In this document: one piece after another, positions 50,223 through 60,407 of the stretch
Layout: each line of letters opens with the position of its first letter
Numbering within the stretch: position 1 is the first letter of the stretch
Origin: Verrucomicrobiota bacterium
Lineage (GTDB): Bacteria > Verrucomicrobiota > Verrucomicrobiia > JABWAM01
Direction of reading: 5' to 3'
Assembly: GCA_023269615.1 (NCBI GenBank)
Contig: JAHFSY010000015.1
Location: 1 to 64,000 of the forward strand
DNA length: 64,000 nucleotides
The notes under the pieces: generated by a model
The model's input: only the letters and a program-made list of their open reading frames with translations
Told to the model about the DNA's origin: nothing
Database searches by the model: none
Translations under genes and position numbers: made by a program

Positions 50223-51545
50223 TTGGATGAGAACCTCAACAGGAGCATTTCCATGAAAAACGACATCCATCTCCAGACGCGCCGCGAATTTCTCCGTCGC
50301 TCCGTCACGATTGCCTCCGTGGCGTGGACGATCCCGGCCTTCCTGCATCGGACGGTGCTCGCGCTCGACAATCCACAGGGAGAATCCGTGATCGTCTCAC
50401 CGCACGACGACCCCATCCTCGTGGTGATCCAGTTGAGCGGCGGCAACGACGGGCTCAACACGTTGATCCCGATCGCCGATGACATCTATTACAAATCGCG
50501 CCCCAAGCTCGGAATTGCCCCGGGGCAGGCGTTGAAGCTCAACGACACGATTGGATTTCATCCCGACCTTGCGAAGCTGAAGGGGTTGTACGACAGCGGG
50601 AAGATGGCGGTGATCCAGGGCGTGGGTTATCCCAATCCGAACCGTTCGCATTTCCGCTCGATGGAAATCTGGCACACCGCGTGCGATGCCGACAAGGTGG
50701 AGAAATATGGATGGATCGGGCGCTACTTCGACAGCGCGTGCAAGGGATGCGACCCGACGGCCGCCGTCAACATTGGCAAGCTCGCGCCACAGGCTTTTTA
50801 CGCCAGGGGACCGCTGGGCGTTTCCGTGGAAGATCCCGAGATGTACCGCTGGCTCAACAAGGGAAGCGCGGCGCTGGGCTCGGCCGAGTCGTTTTTCAAG
50901 AGCGTGAACAAAGCGGCGTCGGGCGGCACCAATTCCGTGCAGGGCGCGGACGCCGTCATGACGGACGGCTCGCTCGATTATCTCCAGCGCACGGCGATGA
51001 ACGCCCAGCTCTCCTCCGACAAAATCCGCGAGGTCATCAAGCAATATCATTCGACCGTCACGTATCCCGAGTCGGAGATCGCCTACGGCCTGAAGCTCGT
51101 GGCGCAGATGATCGCGGGCGGGCTTCCGACGCGCATCTATTATGTCTCGCAGAGCGGCTACGACACGCATTCCAACCAGCTGGCCGACCAGAATCGTTTG
51201 CTCGGCGAGCTGGCGGAAGGCGTAGGCGCATTTTATTCCGACCTCGAGCAGCAGGGCAACGCGAAGCGCGTGCTGAGTTTCAGCTTCTCCGAGTTCGGGC
51301 GCCGCGTCGTGGAAAACGCCTCGGGCGGGACCGATCACGGCTGCGCGGGACCGATGTTTGTTTTCGGCGGGGCGATCAAGCCCGGCTTCTACGGCAAACA
51401 GCCCAGCCTCGCCGACCTGGACCATGGCGATTTAAAGTACAACGTGGACTTCCGTTCCGTGTACACCACGCTGCTCGAGAATTGGATGAAGACTGATGCC
51501 AAACCAGTTTTAGGACGCGCCTTTCCCAAGCTTGAATTCATCTGA
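50223..51545 (+). CDS. DUF1501 family (sulfatase-fold) protein with Tat signal
   Basis: RREFLRRS twin-arginine motif. The DUF1800/DUF1501 pair is typical of the PVC superphylum. Confidence 0.8.
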   Translation: MDENLNRSISMKNDIHLQTRREFLRRSVTIASVAWTIPAFLHRTVLALDNPQGESVIVSPHDDPILVVIQLSGGNDGLNTLIPIADDIYYKSRPKLGIAPGQALKLNDTIGFHPDLAKLKGLYDSGKMAVIQGVGYPNPNRSHFRSMEIWHTACDADKVEKYGWIGRYFDSACKGCDPTAAVNIGKLAPQAFYARGPLGVSVEDPEMYRWLNKGSAALGSAESFFKSVNKAASGGTNSVQGADAVMTDGSLDYLQRTAMNAQLSSDKIREVIKQYHSTVTYPESEIAYGLKLVAQMIAGGLPTRIYYVSQSGYDTHSNQLADQNRLLGELAEGVGAFYSDLEQQGNAKRVLSFSFSEFGRRVVENASGGTDHGCAGPMFVFGGAIKPGFYGKQPSLADLDHGDLKYNVDFRSVYTTLLENWMKTDAKPVLGRAFPKLEFI

Positions 51546-51555
51546 TGGGGAGAAG

Positions 51556-51587
51556 GGAGTCAGGAGTCAGGAGACAGGAGTCAGAAT
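51556..51587. repeat. Heptamer array ggagtca ggagtca ggagaca ggagtca gaat
   Basis: Reverse-complement relative of the 29433-29464 array and the mutL internal array. Confidence 0.6.
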
Positions 51588-51656
51588 TCCAAACGGAGGG
51601 ACACGCTCCGTCGTGTCCATGACTGCAGAGAGTAGCCCAGACTCAACGCTCAGAGC

Positions 51657-51741
51657 GTGTCCGGAAATTCAGCATTCGAGGTAGGGACGGACCGCCGGGC
51701 CGTCCGCTACGCAGCGGCGCGCCCGGCGGTCGCGCCCTACC
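51657..51741. repeat. REP-like element, family B variant
   Basis: Nearly identical to 26548-26634. Confidence 0.7.
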
Positions 51742-51779
51742 ATGAGCAAGCAACTTACTTTCCGGACACACTCTCAGGA

Positions 51780-53216
51780 CTATTTCGCCTTCCGCAGATG
51801 CGACGGCAGAATCTTCAGCTCTTCCCGGTACTTCGCCACGGTCCGGCGGGCCAGCGGGATTCCCTTCAACGACAGGGCCGCCATGATGTCTTGGTCCGTC
51901 AACGGTTTGTTGCCCGGTTCACCCAGGATCAACTCGGAAATCGCATTTTGCACACCGTCCACCGTCATCATGTTTCCATCAGCCAGGCGGATGCCGGGGG
52001 TGAAGAAATATTTCAATTCAAACAGTCCATGCGGCGTCTGCATGTACTTGTTCGCAATCGCGCGGCTCACGGTGGTTTCATGGACGCCGATCTTTTGCGC
52101 GACCTCGGTCATCGTGAGCGGCTTGAGATGCGCGCTGCCGAAACTGAAAAAATCCATCTGCGACTGAAGGATTTCGCGGGCGATTTTCAGGACGGTCTGC
52201 TTGCGCTGCTCGATGCTCTTGATGAAAAACTTCGCGGCGCGCAAACGCTCGCGCACGTAGCTCTTGGCCTCGTTGCCCTGCGAGGACTGGCCGAGGATGT
52301 CCTTGTACGTGTTGTTGATGCGCACGGACGGAAGCCAGTCGTCGTTGGAGAAGACGACCCAATCCTCGCCCACTTTCTGGATTACGAGGTCGGCGGTGAT
52401 GTAACGGTTGTCGTCCTGGCTGAACCGGCTGCCTGGCTGGGGATCGAGCGTGGAAATGAGCGCGGCGGCGCGATGAATCTCCTCGAGCGAGCGCTTGAGC
52501 TCCACGGCGATGTCGGCATGCTTTTTTGCGGCAAGGAGATCCAGATGGCTTGAGACGACCTGGTACGCCAGCGATTCGGCCTTGTGGCCAAGGCGTTCCA
52601 GTTGCAGCAGGAGGCATTCACGCAGGTCACGCGCGCCCACGCCGATGGGATCGAAGGATTGAATCACGCGCAACGCCTCATCTGCCGAGCCGGGCTTGCC
52701 GCCGCTCCACTCCGCCATGTCCTCCGGGGTGGCCACGAGATAACCCTGCCCGTCCACGTTTCCAATCAGAGTCTCGCACAGCGGGTGCAACGCCTCGGGC
52801 GCATCCGACTCGTGGAGCTGGGTGATGAGATGTTCCTGGAGCGTTTCAGGCTTGGCGATGGATTCGAAAAAGGTCCGGCGCTGGTTTTCCTGCTCGGCGC
52901 TGGGACGCGCGGGTGCGCTCGACTGGTTGAAATAATCCCGCCACTCCTGGTCAAGCTGGGCCAGTTCCTTGAATTCCTTGTCGAGCTCGTCCTGCTTCCC
53001 GTCGCCATCACTGTCCTCCATCTCATCGGGGTCCTCGATGGCGGTTTCCTCGCTCGCCTCCTCCTCGAGGACCGGGTTGGTGGTCAGCTCCTGGCGGATC
53101 AACGCACTCAATTCCAGCGCAGGGATTTGCAGGATGTGCAGCGATTGCTGCATCTGGGGCGACAGCGATTGCTGCAACCCGAGTTTTTGCACTTGTTGGA
53201 GTCCTTGTGATGGCAT
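51780..53216 (-). CDS. rpoN: RNA polymerase sigma-54 factor
   Basis: Gln-rich region I. C-terminal RpoN box ARRTVAKYRE and an HTH. Confidence 0.9.
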   Translation of the reverse strand: MPSQGLQQVQKLGLQQSLSPQMQQSLHILQIPALELSALIRQELTTNPVLEEEASEETAIEDPDEMEDSDGDGKQDELDKEFKELAQLDQEWRDYFNQSSAPARPSAEQENQRRTFFESIAKPETLQEHLITQLHESDAPEALHPLCETLIGNVDGQGYLVATPEDMAEWSGGKPGSADEALRVIQSFDPIGVGARDLRECLLLQLERLGHKAESLAYQVVSSHLDLLAAKKHADIAVELKRSLEEIHRAAALISTLDPQPGSRFSQDDNRYITADLVIQKVGEDWVVFSNDDWLPSVRINNTYKDILGQSSQGNEAKSYVRERLRAAKFFIKSIEQRKQTVLKIAREILQSQMDFFSFGSAHLKPLTMTEVAQKIGVHETTVSRAIANKYMQTPHGLFELKYFFTPGIRLADGNMMTVDGVQNAISELILGEPGNKPLTDQDIMAALSLKGIPLARRTVAKYREELKILPSHLRKAK

Positions 53217-53308
53217 GAGAATTGCTACACTTGAATGTTTGCCGGAAGTGCCGTGGCGTCAAGTGACAAGAAAAGAAAAGGATGAAGATTCTGCTTCTCC
53301 CCGCTCCC

Positions 53309-54715
53309 TTACGACACATTCAATTCCTTTTTGATCCGGAATTTCTCGATCCGCTTCCGCAGGGTGGCCCGCGTGATGCCCAGGATGCTCGCAGCCTGCA
53401 ACTGATTGCCGCCGGTTTTTTTCAGCGCACAAGTGATGAGCGCCCGCTCCGCGCCGGCCATCAGCTTCCATTTTGGATCGCGGGCCGCTTCGATGAAGAG
53501 GGTTTCCAGTGCAGCATCCAACGCGGGCGTCTCAACCGGGGCCGCGTCCTGCATTTCGCTCTGCGGTTCCAATGAGATGTCCTTTGGGCCAATGTTTTGC
53601 GAGCGGCACACGACGGACGCGCGCTCGAGGGTGTTCTGCAGCTCGCGCACGTTGCCGGGCCACTTGTGCGCCGCCAGCCGCGCCATGGCCTCGCGCGTGA
53701 TGCGGCGGTTTTTGCCACCCCGCTGGCGCTCCAGGAAATAATCCACCAGCAGCGGCAGATCCTCGAGGCGCTCGCGCAAGGGGGGCATGTGAATCCGCAC
53801 CACGTTGAGGCGGTAATACAAATCCTTGCGGAAGGATTTTTCCGTGACGGATTTTTCAAGGTCGCGATTGGTCGCGGCAATGAAGCGGACATCCGCGCGG
53901 ACGGCCTGGTTCGAGCCGAGTCGGGTGACTTCCCCCTCCTGCAGCGCGCGTAGAATTTTCGCCTGCGTGGCCGTGGGCATTTCGCCGATTTCATCGAGGA
54001 AGATCGTGCCGCCGCTGCACTGCTCGAATTTGCCGATGCGCCGGTCGGCCGCGCCGGTGAACGCGCCGCGCTCGTGCCCGAACAGCTCGCTCTCGAGAAG
54101 GTTCTCCGGGATTGCCGCGCAGTTGATGGTGACGAACGGCCTGCCGGCCCGCGGGCTGTGCTGGACGATCGCGCGCGCGACAAGTTCCTTGCCCGTCCCC
54201 GTCTCGCCCGTGATCATCACCGCCACGTCGCTTCCCGAAACCTGGCCGATGAGCTTGTACACCTCCTGCATCGCCTGCGTCTTGCCGATGATCCCCTGGT
54301 CGTACTCTTCCTTCCGCAGAAGCGGCTGGTAGGAAACCTTCTCGCGCATGTCGCGCGAGGCCTTGAGCGCGGAAACAATCACCTGCTGCATCCGCTCCAC
54401 ATCGAAGGGCTTCACCAGGTAATCAAACGCCCCGTGCTTCATCGCCTCGATTGCCGTCTGGGTGGTGCCGTGGGCCGTCATCATGATCACCGGCAGGTGC
54501 GCGTGCGACCGTCGGATGCGCTTCAATGTCTCCAGCCCGTCAAGCCCCGCCATGCGGATATCCATCACCACGGCCGAGGGCGGTTGACGCCCGATGGTCT
54601 TCAACCCCTCCTCGCCGTCGGAGGCAAAGAGCAGGTTCCATCCGAGCGATTCGAAGTTTCGCCGGAACGAATAATGAATATCCTCTTCGTCATCGATGAC
54701 AAGAATGCGCTCCAT
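53309..54715 (-). CDS. Sigma-54-dependent Fis-family response regulator (NtrC-type: REC + AAA+ + HTH)
   Basis: REC domain (ILVIDDEEDI...VMDIRMAGLDG). Walker A GETGTGKE. GAFTGA motif. C-terminal Fis HTH. Confidence 0.85.
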   Translation of the reverse strand: MERILVIDDEEDIHYSFRRNFESLGWNLLFASDGEEGLKTIGRQPPSAVVMDIRMAGLDGLETLKRIRRSHAHLPVIMMTAHGTTQTAIEAMKHGAFDYLVKPFDVERMQQVIVSALKASRDMREKVSYQPLLRKEEYDQGIIGKTQAMQEVYKLIGQVSGSDVAVMITGETGTGKELVARAIVQHSPRAGRPFVTINCAAIPENLLESELFGHERGAFTGAADRRIGKFEQCSGGTIFLDEIGEMPTATQAKILRALQEGEVTRLGSNQAVRADVRFIAATNRDLEKSVTEKSFRKDLYYRLNVVRIHMPPLRERLEDLPLLVDYFLERQRGGKNRRITREAMARLAAHKWPGNVRELQNTLERASVVCRSQNIGPKDISLEPQSEMQDAAPVETPALDAALETLFIEAARDPKWKLMAGAERALITCALKKTGGNQLQAASILGITRATLRKRIEKFRIKKELNVS

Positions 54716-54881
54716 GAATCCATGTTAAATGGAAAACAGCGAAACGGCCAATGGGAAATGTGCCAGGCGCTGGCTGAAGGCTTTTCCGTCCGGGGAGCCC
54801 ATACGGAAAAAATGCTTTCTGAAGAGCTGAGGAGGTTCGCAAGCACTTGACTGATATATGATGACGATGTATGATATCATC

Positions 54882-55109
54882 ATGAGAACGATTGTGGATT
54901 TGCCATCGAAGCAGGTTTCCTCCCTGGCCGAGCTGAGTCGGAAACAGCATTTGTCCCGCGCTGAGATGATTCGCAGGGCCGTTGAGCTATATTTGAAGGA
55001 GCAACATGCCGGGGCTGCCGGTTCCGCCTTTGGGCTTTGGCGGGGGAGAAAGGTGGATGCCCTGAAGTTTGAAGACCGTCTTCGCAAGGAATGGGAATCC
55101 CGGTCGTGA
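54882..55109 (+). CDS. Type II antitoxin, ribbon-helix-helix (VapB/CopG-like)
   Basis: Small ORF immediately upstream of and overlapping a PIN gene. RHH-like N-terminus MRTIVDLPSKQVSSLAELS. Confidence 0.5.
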   Translation: MRTIVDLPSKQVSSLAELSRKQHLSRAEMIRRAVELYLKEQHAGAAGSAFGLWRGRKVDALKFEDRLRKEWESRS

Positions 55110-55471
55110 AGGCGTTGTTCGACACGAACATCCTCATTGATTTCCTCAACGGGGTTTCCGGCGCAAAGAGGGAAATCGAGAGGTACGATCAGCCTGCGAT
55201 CAGCCTGATAAGCTGGATGGAAACGCTGGCGGGCGTCAAGGATTCCGAGGAGGGAAAAATGGTCCGCGGATTTCTTCGCCACTTCGATGTCCGTCCCATC
55301 ACCGAGCCCATTGCGGAGCAGGCGGTTCGCGTGAGGCGGGACGAGGGGTTACGTCTTCCCGATGCCATCATTTACGCGACCGCCAGTGAGATGGGCTGTC
55401 TCCTGGTCACCCGAAACACGCGTGATTTCTCGACGCGTGATCCCATGGTGCGGGTTCCGTACAGGGTTTGA
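55106..55471 (+). CDS. vapC: PIN-domain toxin VapC
   Basis: ALFDTNILIDFL N-terminus with conserved acidic residues. Probable GTG start in a 4-nt GTGA overlap with the antitoxin stop; the track start is ATG at 55091. Confidence 0.7.
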   Translation: MKALFDTNILIDFLNGVSGAKREIERYDQPAISLISWMETLAGVKDSEEGKMVRGFLRHFDVRPITEPIAEQAVRVRRDEGLRLPDAIIYATASEMGCLLVTRNTRDFSTRDPMVRVPYRV

Positions 55472-55474
55472 TGT

Positions 55475-57358
55475 GTGCTTTTCAATTGGTTTGGAGCGGG
55501 AAGTCCACGCTCGGACTGGTCTGGCGAGATCTGGTGTGTTTGTGATAGCGTGCATGCCATCTTGAATCCCCCTCCTTCACGCTGGTCGGTTTACCGACGC
55601 ACGTTGCGCTATTATGCCCCGCACCTCGGGGCAATTGTGGTCGCGATGGTTTTTGTCTTGCTGGCGATCGGCGTGGATCTGCTCAAGCCGTGGCCCTTCA
55701 AGTTCATCATTGATGATGTCCTCGGCGGGCCGGGCGGCGCGGGCGACAAGGAGGCGGCTTACCATGCGGAAGGAGTCCTTTTCATGCTCTGTGTCGCGAT
55801 GGTGGGCATCCATCTCCTTTGGGGGCTCTTCAACCTCATCAACAACTACATGCTGGTGAAGATTGGCTTGAAGGCGCTCGCCCGGGTGCGATGCGATCTC
55901 TTCGGCCACCTGCAACGGCTTTCGTTGCGCTTCCATGACACGCGCAACTCGGCTGACTCGATGTATCGCGTGAGCTATGACGCGCAGGCCATCCAGTCCA
56001 TCTTCAACCGCGGGTTTTCGACTCTTCTTTCATCCGTCATCACCCTCGTGATGGCCGTGGCGATCATGGCGCGGATGGACTGGCGGCTGACGCTTCTTGC
56101 GTTGGGCGTGGCGCCGCTGCTGTTGTACGCGATTTATTTTTTTGCCGACCTGGTGCGTCTGGAATCCACGACGATTGCGGAAAGCGAGAGCGCGCTGACA
56201 TCGCGCACGCAGGAAGGCCTGGCGGGCATCCGGATCATCCACGCCTTTGGGCGCGAGGATTACGAGATGGCGCGTTTCGAGGAGCAGTGCCAGGTCAGCC
56301 TGAGCGCGAACCTGCGACTCACCTTCACGCAGGTGACCTCGGCGCTTGTGGTGGGAACGCTGATGGGCGCGGCGGCGGCGGCGATGATCTATTTCGGGGC
56401 CCTGCACGTGATGGAGGGAAGGCTGACGCTGGGAGGCCTGACGGTTTTCATTTCCTACCTGGCGATGTTGTACGGTCCGCTGCAGGCGTTGAGTTACACG
56501 TCATGGGCGCTTGAGGGCGCGGCGGCGGGGGCGCAGCGCGTGTTTGAAATTCTCGACACGCCCGAGGAGGTGAGGGATCGGCCCGGCGCGCTTCCGGTTG
56601 AAAAGGTGCGCGGAGAAATCTTGTTTGAAAAAGTTTCGTTTGCGTATGACGAATCGCGACAAATCCTGAAGGAGCTCAGCCTCAAGATTGAATCCGGGAC
56701 GAGGGTGGCATTCGTGGGCGCGACGGGCGCGGGGAAGACGACGCTTCTGAGTTTGATTCCACGCTTTTATGATCCCAGCGCGGGGGCGGTGAAATTGGAC
56801 GGCGAGGATTTGAGGGGGCTGCAGAAGAAGTCATTGCGCTCGCGGGTGGGGATGGTGTTGCAGGACACGATGCTTCTTGCCGGGACCGTGCGCGACAACA
56901 TTGGCTACGGGCTTCTGGGTGCGGGCGCGGCAGAGATCGAGGCGGCGGCGCGCGCGGCACGAGTGCATGATTTTGTATCGCAACTTCCGAAGGGGTACGA
57001 CACCGAGGTGGGCGAACGCGGGGTGCGGCTTTCGGTGGGGCAGCGCCAGCGCATCGGCATCGCGCGAGCCTTCCTGAAAAATGCGCCGATCCTGCTGCTC
57101 GATGAGCCGACGTCGGCGCTCGATCCCGAGACGGAGGCGGGGATCATGGAGACGCTGAAGGAGTTGATGCGTGGCCGGACCACGGTGATCGTGACCCATC
57201 GCATCATGACAGTCCATGGGAGCGACCGGATTTTTGTCCTGGAAAACGGGAGTGTGGTGGAGGAGGGGGGTGGAGAGGATCTATTGCGGAAAGGCGGGGC
57301 GTACGCGCGTTTGTACAGTGCGCAATCGCAGGGAGCGAAGGATCGAGCCACAGATTGA
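55475..57358 (+). CDS. ABC exporter, fused TMD-NBD (MsbA-like)
   Basis: Six-TM domain. Walker A GATGAGKTT. Signature LSVGQRQRIGIARA and Walker B ILLLDEPTSALD. The true start is probably internal, around the GTG at 55550. Confidence 0.75.
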   Translation: MLFNWFGAGSPRSDWSGEIWCVCDSVHAILNPPPSRWSVYRRTLRYYAPHLGAIVVAMVFVLLAIGVDLLKPWPFKFIIDDVLGGPGGAGDKEAAYHAEGVLFMLCVAMVGIHLLWGLFNLINNYMLVKIGLKALARVRCDLFGHLQRLSLRFHDTRNSADSMYRVSYDAQAIQSIFNRGFSTLLSSVITLVMAVAIMARMDWRLTLLALGVAPLLLYAIYFFADLVRLESTTIAESESALTSRTQEGLAGIRIIHAFGREDYEMARFEEQCQVSLSANLRLTFTQVTSALVVGTLMGAAAAAMIYFGALHVMEGRLTLGGLTVFISYLAMLYGPLQALSYTSWALEGAAAGAQRVFEILDTPEEVRDRPGALPVEKVRGEILFEKVSFAYDESRQILKELSLKIESGTRVAFVGATGAGKTTLLSLIPRFYDPSAGAVKLDGEDLRGLQKKSLRSRVGMVLQDTMLLAGTVRDNIGYGLLGAGAAEIEAAARAARVHDFVSQLPKGYDTEVGERGVRLSVGQRQRIGIARAFLKNAPILLLDEPTSALDPETEAGIMETLKELMRGRTTVIVTHRIMTVHGSDRIFVLENGSVVEEGGGEDLLRKGGAYARLYSAQSQGAKDRATD

Positions 57359-57431
57359 CACGGATGGAACACGGATGCGGAAACGAACGATTCTATGTTG
57401 CCAAACGCGCGGCGTCCCGATAGTTTTCGCA

Positions 57432-58511
57432 ATGCACTTTTCCTATTTCCTTCGTGGCGGATTGCTGGCGGCTTTGTCGGCGATGTTTTTGTCTGGATGC
57501 GGCGAGACGGATCCCAATTCGCCACGGTTTGTGGTGGCGGAGGGCAAGGGGGTCAAGGTCACGCGCGGCGAGGTGGACAAGATCAAGTCCCGGTTTTTTG
57601 AGGAACATGGCTTGAAATTGGAACAAGTTCCCCCCTCCCGGCTGGCCCAGATGGAACGCCAGATTGCCGAGCAGCTCGCATTTAAGGCGCTGCTGCTTCA
57701 GGAGGCGCAGTCGGTCGAATTCAAGGACCTGGATTCAAAGGTGGACGCTGAGATTGCGAAGACCAAATCGAAATTTCCAAACGAGGATGCGTTCCAGACC
57801 AAGCTCATCCAGTTAAACCTGACGCTGGACGAGTTGAGGGGCGAACTGGCGAAGCAATACAAGATGGAGGAGACTCTCCGCGTCAAGGTTCCGCCTGCAC
57901 CGGACATTCCCCTGGCCGAAGTGGAGAAGTTTTACAAGGAGCACAAGATGGAATTCAGCCAGCCTGCCACCATTCGCGCAAGCCACGTGCTGGTGAAATT
58001 TCCCGAGCAGGCTGATGCCGCCGCAAAGGCCCGGGTGAAAAAGAAGGCTGAGGAGGCCCGTGCGCGCGTCCTGAAGGGCGAGGATTTTGGGAAGGTGGCC
58101 AGGGAGATTTCAGATGACACGGGCAGTGCAGCCAATAATGGAGAACTCCCTCCTTTCACCCGTGAAGGCAGGTTGCTGACGGGCGGCGGGCTGGTGCCGC
58201 CTTTCGTCAAGGCCGCGAACAGTACCAAGGCGAACGCCGTGAGCCCCGTTTTTGAAACGGAATATGGCTATCACTTCCTCAAGGTTCTCGAAAGCAAACC
58301 CGCCGGCGCCATCGCCTTCGACCAGGCAAAGGATCTGATCGTCAGGGAATTTGCGAATCGCGCGCGTCAGAAAGCCGTGAACGAGTACATTGCCGGGCTG
58401 ATCAAAACGGCGAATGTGACCTACCACCTTCCGGCGCCCGAGCCGCCCAAGATGGACAATGCCCCGTTGATGCTGCCGCAGGGGGATGGATCGCCGAAAC
58501 AATCCCGCTGA
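57432..58511 (+). CDS. Parvulin-type peptidyl-prolyl cis-trans isomerase (SurA/PrsA-like lipoprotein)
   Basis: Lipobox-like AALSAMFLSGC. Rotamase region IRASHVLVKF...GELPPFTREG...FETEYGYHFLKV. Confidence 0.65.
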   Translation: MHFSYFLRGGLLAALSAMFLSGCGETDPNSPRFVVAEGKGVKVTRGEVDKIKSRFFEEHGLKLEQVPPSRLAQMERQIAEQLAFKALLLQEAQSVEFKDLDSKVDAEIAKTKSKFPNEDAFQTKLIQLNLTLDELRGELAKQYKMEETLRVKVPPAPDIPLAEVEKFYKEHKMEFSQPATIRASHVLVKFPEQADAAAKARVKKKAEEARARVLKGEDFGKVAREISDDTGSAANNGELPPFTREGRLLTGGGLVPPFVKAANSTKANAVSPVFETEYGYHFLKVLESKPAGAIAFDQAKDLIVREFANRARQKAVNEYIAGLIKTANVTYHLPAPEPPKMDNAPLMLPQGDGSPKQSR

Positions 58512-58534
58512 TTATTCCACATCTCCCTGCAGGA

Positions 58535-58622
58535 TGTAGGAGCGGCTGTCAGCCGCGACCGGGACCAAGGGAAGAACGGTCCACGCCCTGATTCCCGGTC
58601 GCCGATGACATCGGCTCCTACA
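58535..58622. repeat. REP-like palindromic element, family A
   Basis: tgtaggagcggctgtcagccgcgaccggg ... ccggtcgccgatgacatcggctcctaca, between the convergent PPIase and bioB genes. Confidence 0.6.
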
Positions 58623-58647
58623 AAACCGTTTCGATTGGCACCCGCGG

Positions 58648-59601
58648 CTACTTCAGGACGGAATCCTTCGGGTGCAAGTCCAGCTCGCCCAGGAGTTTCA
58701 TGTCCTCGTCGGGAAGGGGATTTTGGGCGGTCAGTAATTTGTTCCCATAGAAAATCGAGTTTGCCCCCGCAAAAAAGCAGAGCGCCTGGGCCTCGCGGGA
58801 AAGGTTGGTGCGCCCCGCCGAAAGCCGCACACGCGCCTTTGGAATCGCAATGCGCGTCGTGGCGATGAGCCGCACGAGCTCAAACACATCCACCGGCGAT
58901 TGGCCTTCCAGGGGCGTCCCCACGATCGGCGAAAGGCAGTTGATGGGCACGCTCTCGGGCGGTGGATCAAAATTTGTGAGCACCTCAAGCATCTTCAGGC
59001 GGTCATCCTCTGTCTCCCCCATGCCGATGATCCCCCCGCAGCAGACGGACATGCCCGCCTTCTGTGCGTGGCGGATCGTGTTCAGACGGTCTTGGAACGT
59101 GTGGGTTGTCACGATCCGCGAATAATGTTCGGGGCTGGTGTCAATGTTGTGGTTGTAGGCGGTGACGCCGGCCTTTTTCAATTCGCGCGCGGCGCCTTCC
59201 GTGAGCTGGCCGAGCGTGACGCACACTTCCATGCCGAGCGTGCTGACCTGGCGGACGATTTCGAGGACGGAATCAAAACGCGGGTCGCCCTCGCGCACGC
59301 CTTTCCACGCCGCACCCATGCAGAAACGCTGGGCGCCGACGGACTTCGCATTGCGCGCCGACTCCATCACTTCCTCCACGGGCATCAGCTTTCCGCCCTC
59401 CACGCCGGTGGAATAATGCGAGCTCTGGGCACAATAACCGCAATCCTCGCTGCAGCCGCCCGTCTTGATGCTCAACAGCGTGCAAAGCTGCACGGTGTCA
59501 TCCTTCCAATGATCGAGAAAAACTCCGCGTGCCTGCTGGATGAGCTCAAAGAAAGACTGGTGATAAATCCCGCGCAGGCGATCGAGTGTGGAGGAACTCA
59601 T
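58648..59601 (-). CDS. bioB: Biotin synthase
   Basis: Radical SAM cluster CSEDCGYC. BioB motif YNHNIDTSPEHYSRI. Confidence 0.85.
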   Translation of the reverse strand: MSSSTLDRLRGIYHQSFFELIQQARGVFLDHWKDDTVQLCTLLSIKTGGCSEDCGYCAQSSHYSTGVEGGKLMPVEEVMESARNAKSVGAQRFCMGAAWKGVREGDPRFDSVLEIVRQVSTLGMEVCVTLGQLTEGAARELKKAGVTAYNHNIDTSPEHYSRIVTTHTFQDRLNTIRHAQKAGMSVCCGGIIGMGETEDDRLKMLEVLTNFDPPPESVPINCLSPIVGTPLEGQSPVDVFELVRLIATTRIAIPKARVRLSAGRTNLSREAQALCFFAGANSIFYGNKLLTAQNPLPDEDMKLLGELDLHPKDSVLK

Positions 59602-59627
59602 GGATGCGCCGTGTTGAGAACCGGCGA

Positions 59628-59888
59628 CTAGGATTTTTTCACTTCCAGCGGGACCACATTCACGCGCTTGCCATTTTTATCAAACATCACACGGCCCTCG
59701 GCAACGGCGTAGATCGTGAAATCGCGTCCGAGCCCCACGTTCAAGCCGGGCGAAAACTTGGTGCCGCGCTGGCGGATGATGATGTTTCCAGAGATGACAT
59801 GCTCGCCGCCAAAGCGCTTTACACCCAGCCGTTTGCTGATGCTGTCGCGGTCGTTGCTGGAACTGCCTTGTCCTTTTTTATGTGCCAT
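59628..59888 (-). CDS. rpmA: 50S ribosomal protein L27
   Basis: [31 protein letters not shown]. Confidence 0.9.
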   Translation of the reverse strand: MAHKKGQGSSSNDRDSISKRLGVKRFGGEHVISGNIIIRQRGTKFSPGLNVGLGRDFTIYAVAEGRVMFDKNGKRVNVVPLEVKKS

Positions 59889-59909
59889 GGTGGAAAATGA
59901 GTGAAGGGT

Positions 59910-60221
59910 TCAGATTTTGATCCCGGTGATCTTCACGCGGGTCAGGTTCTGGCGATGGCCGCGGGTGCGGTGGTAGCCGTGGCGCCGTGTCATCTTGAAT
60001 GCGATGACCTTGTCGCCCTTGTATTGGTCGAGAATTTCACCGGTCACCTTCGCGCCCTTGAGGGTGGGGGAGCCCACCGTGACCTTGTCTCCGTCGGTGG
60101 CCATGAGGACGCGGTCAAACGTGACGCTTGCCCCCTTGTCCTGGGGCAGTTTTTCGATGGAAAGCACCGTGTCCTTCTCCACTCGGTACTGTTTGCTGCC
60201 GGTTTCAATGATCGCGTACAT
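59910..60221 (-). CDS. rplU: 50S ribosomal protein L21
   Basis: MYAIIETGSKQYRVEKD...RRHGYHRTRGHRQ. Start placed at the internal Met of the longer track ORF. Confidence 0.9.
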   Translation of the reverse strand: MYAIIETGSKQYRVEKDTVLSIEKLPQDKGASVTFDRVLMATDGDKVTVGSPTLKGAKVTGEILDQYKGDKVIAFKMTRRHGYHRTRGHRQNLTRVKITGIKI

Positions 60222-60407
60222 GGGTAAATTGGGTTGCGGTTTAAAGAGCCGGGCAATGTACCCATCATCCCTCTCCACCGCAAGTACTTTTGAATGGCTT
60301 GAATGGACGACGAAGCCATTTTGATTCCAGATCAATGCCCATTGAACTTTTCCCGTGAGGCTTTACTTTCCATACGGCCCGGCGCAGGATGTCGCCCGCA
60401 TGAAGGC

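Noticed and set aside
53461-54183. 240-aa Arg/Ser-rich ORF in an alternative frame within the NtrC-family gene
   Set aside because: It has low-complexity composition typical of GC-rich frame artefacts, while the other frame carries full AAA+ sigma-54 activator motifs.
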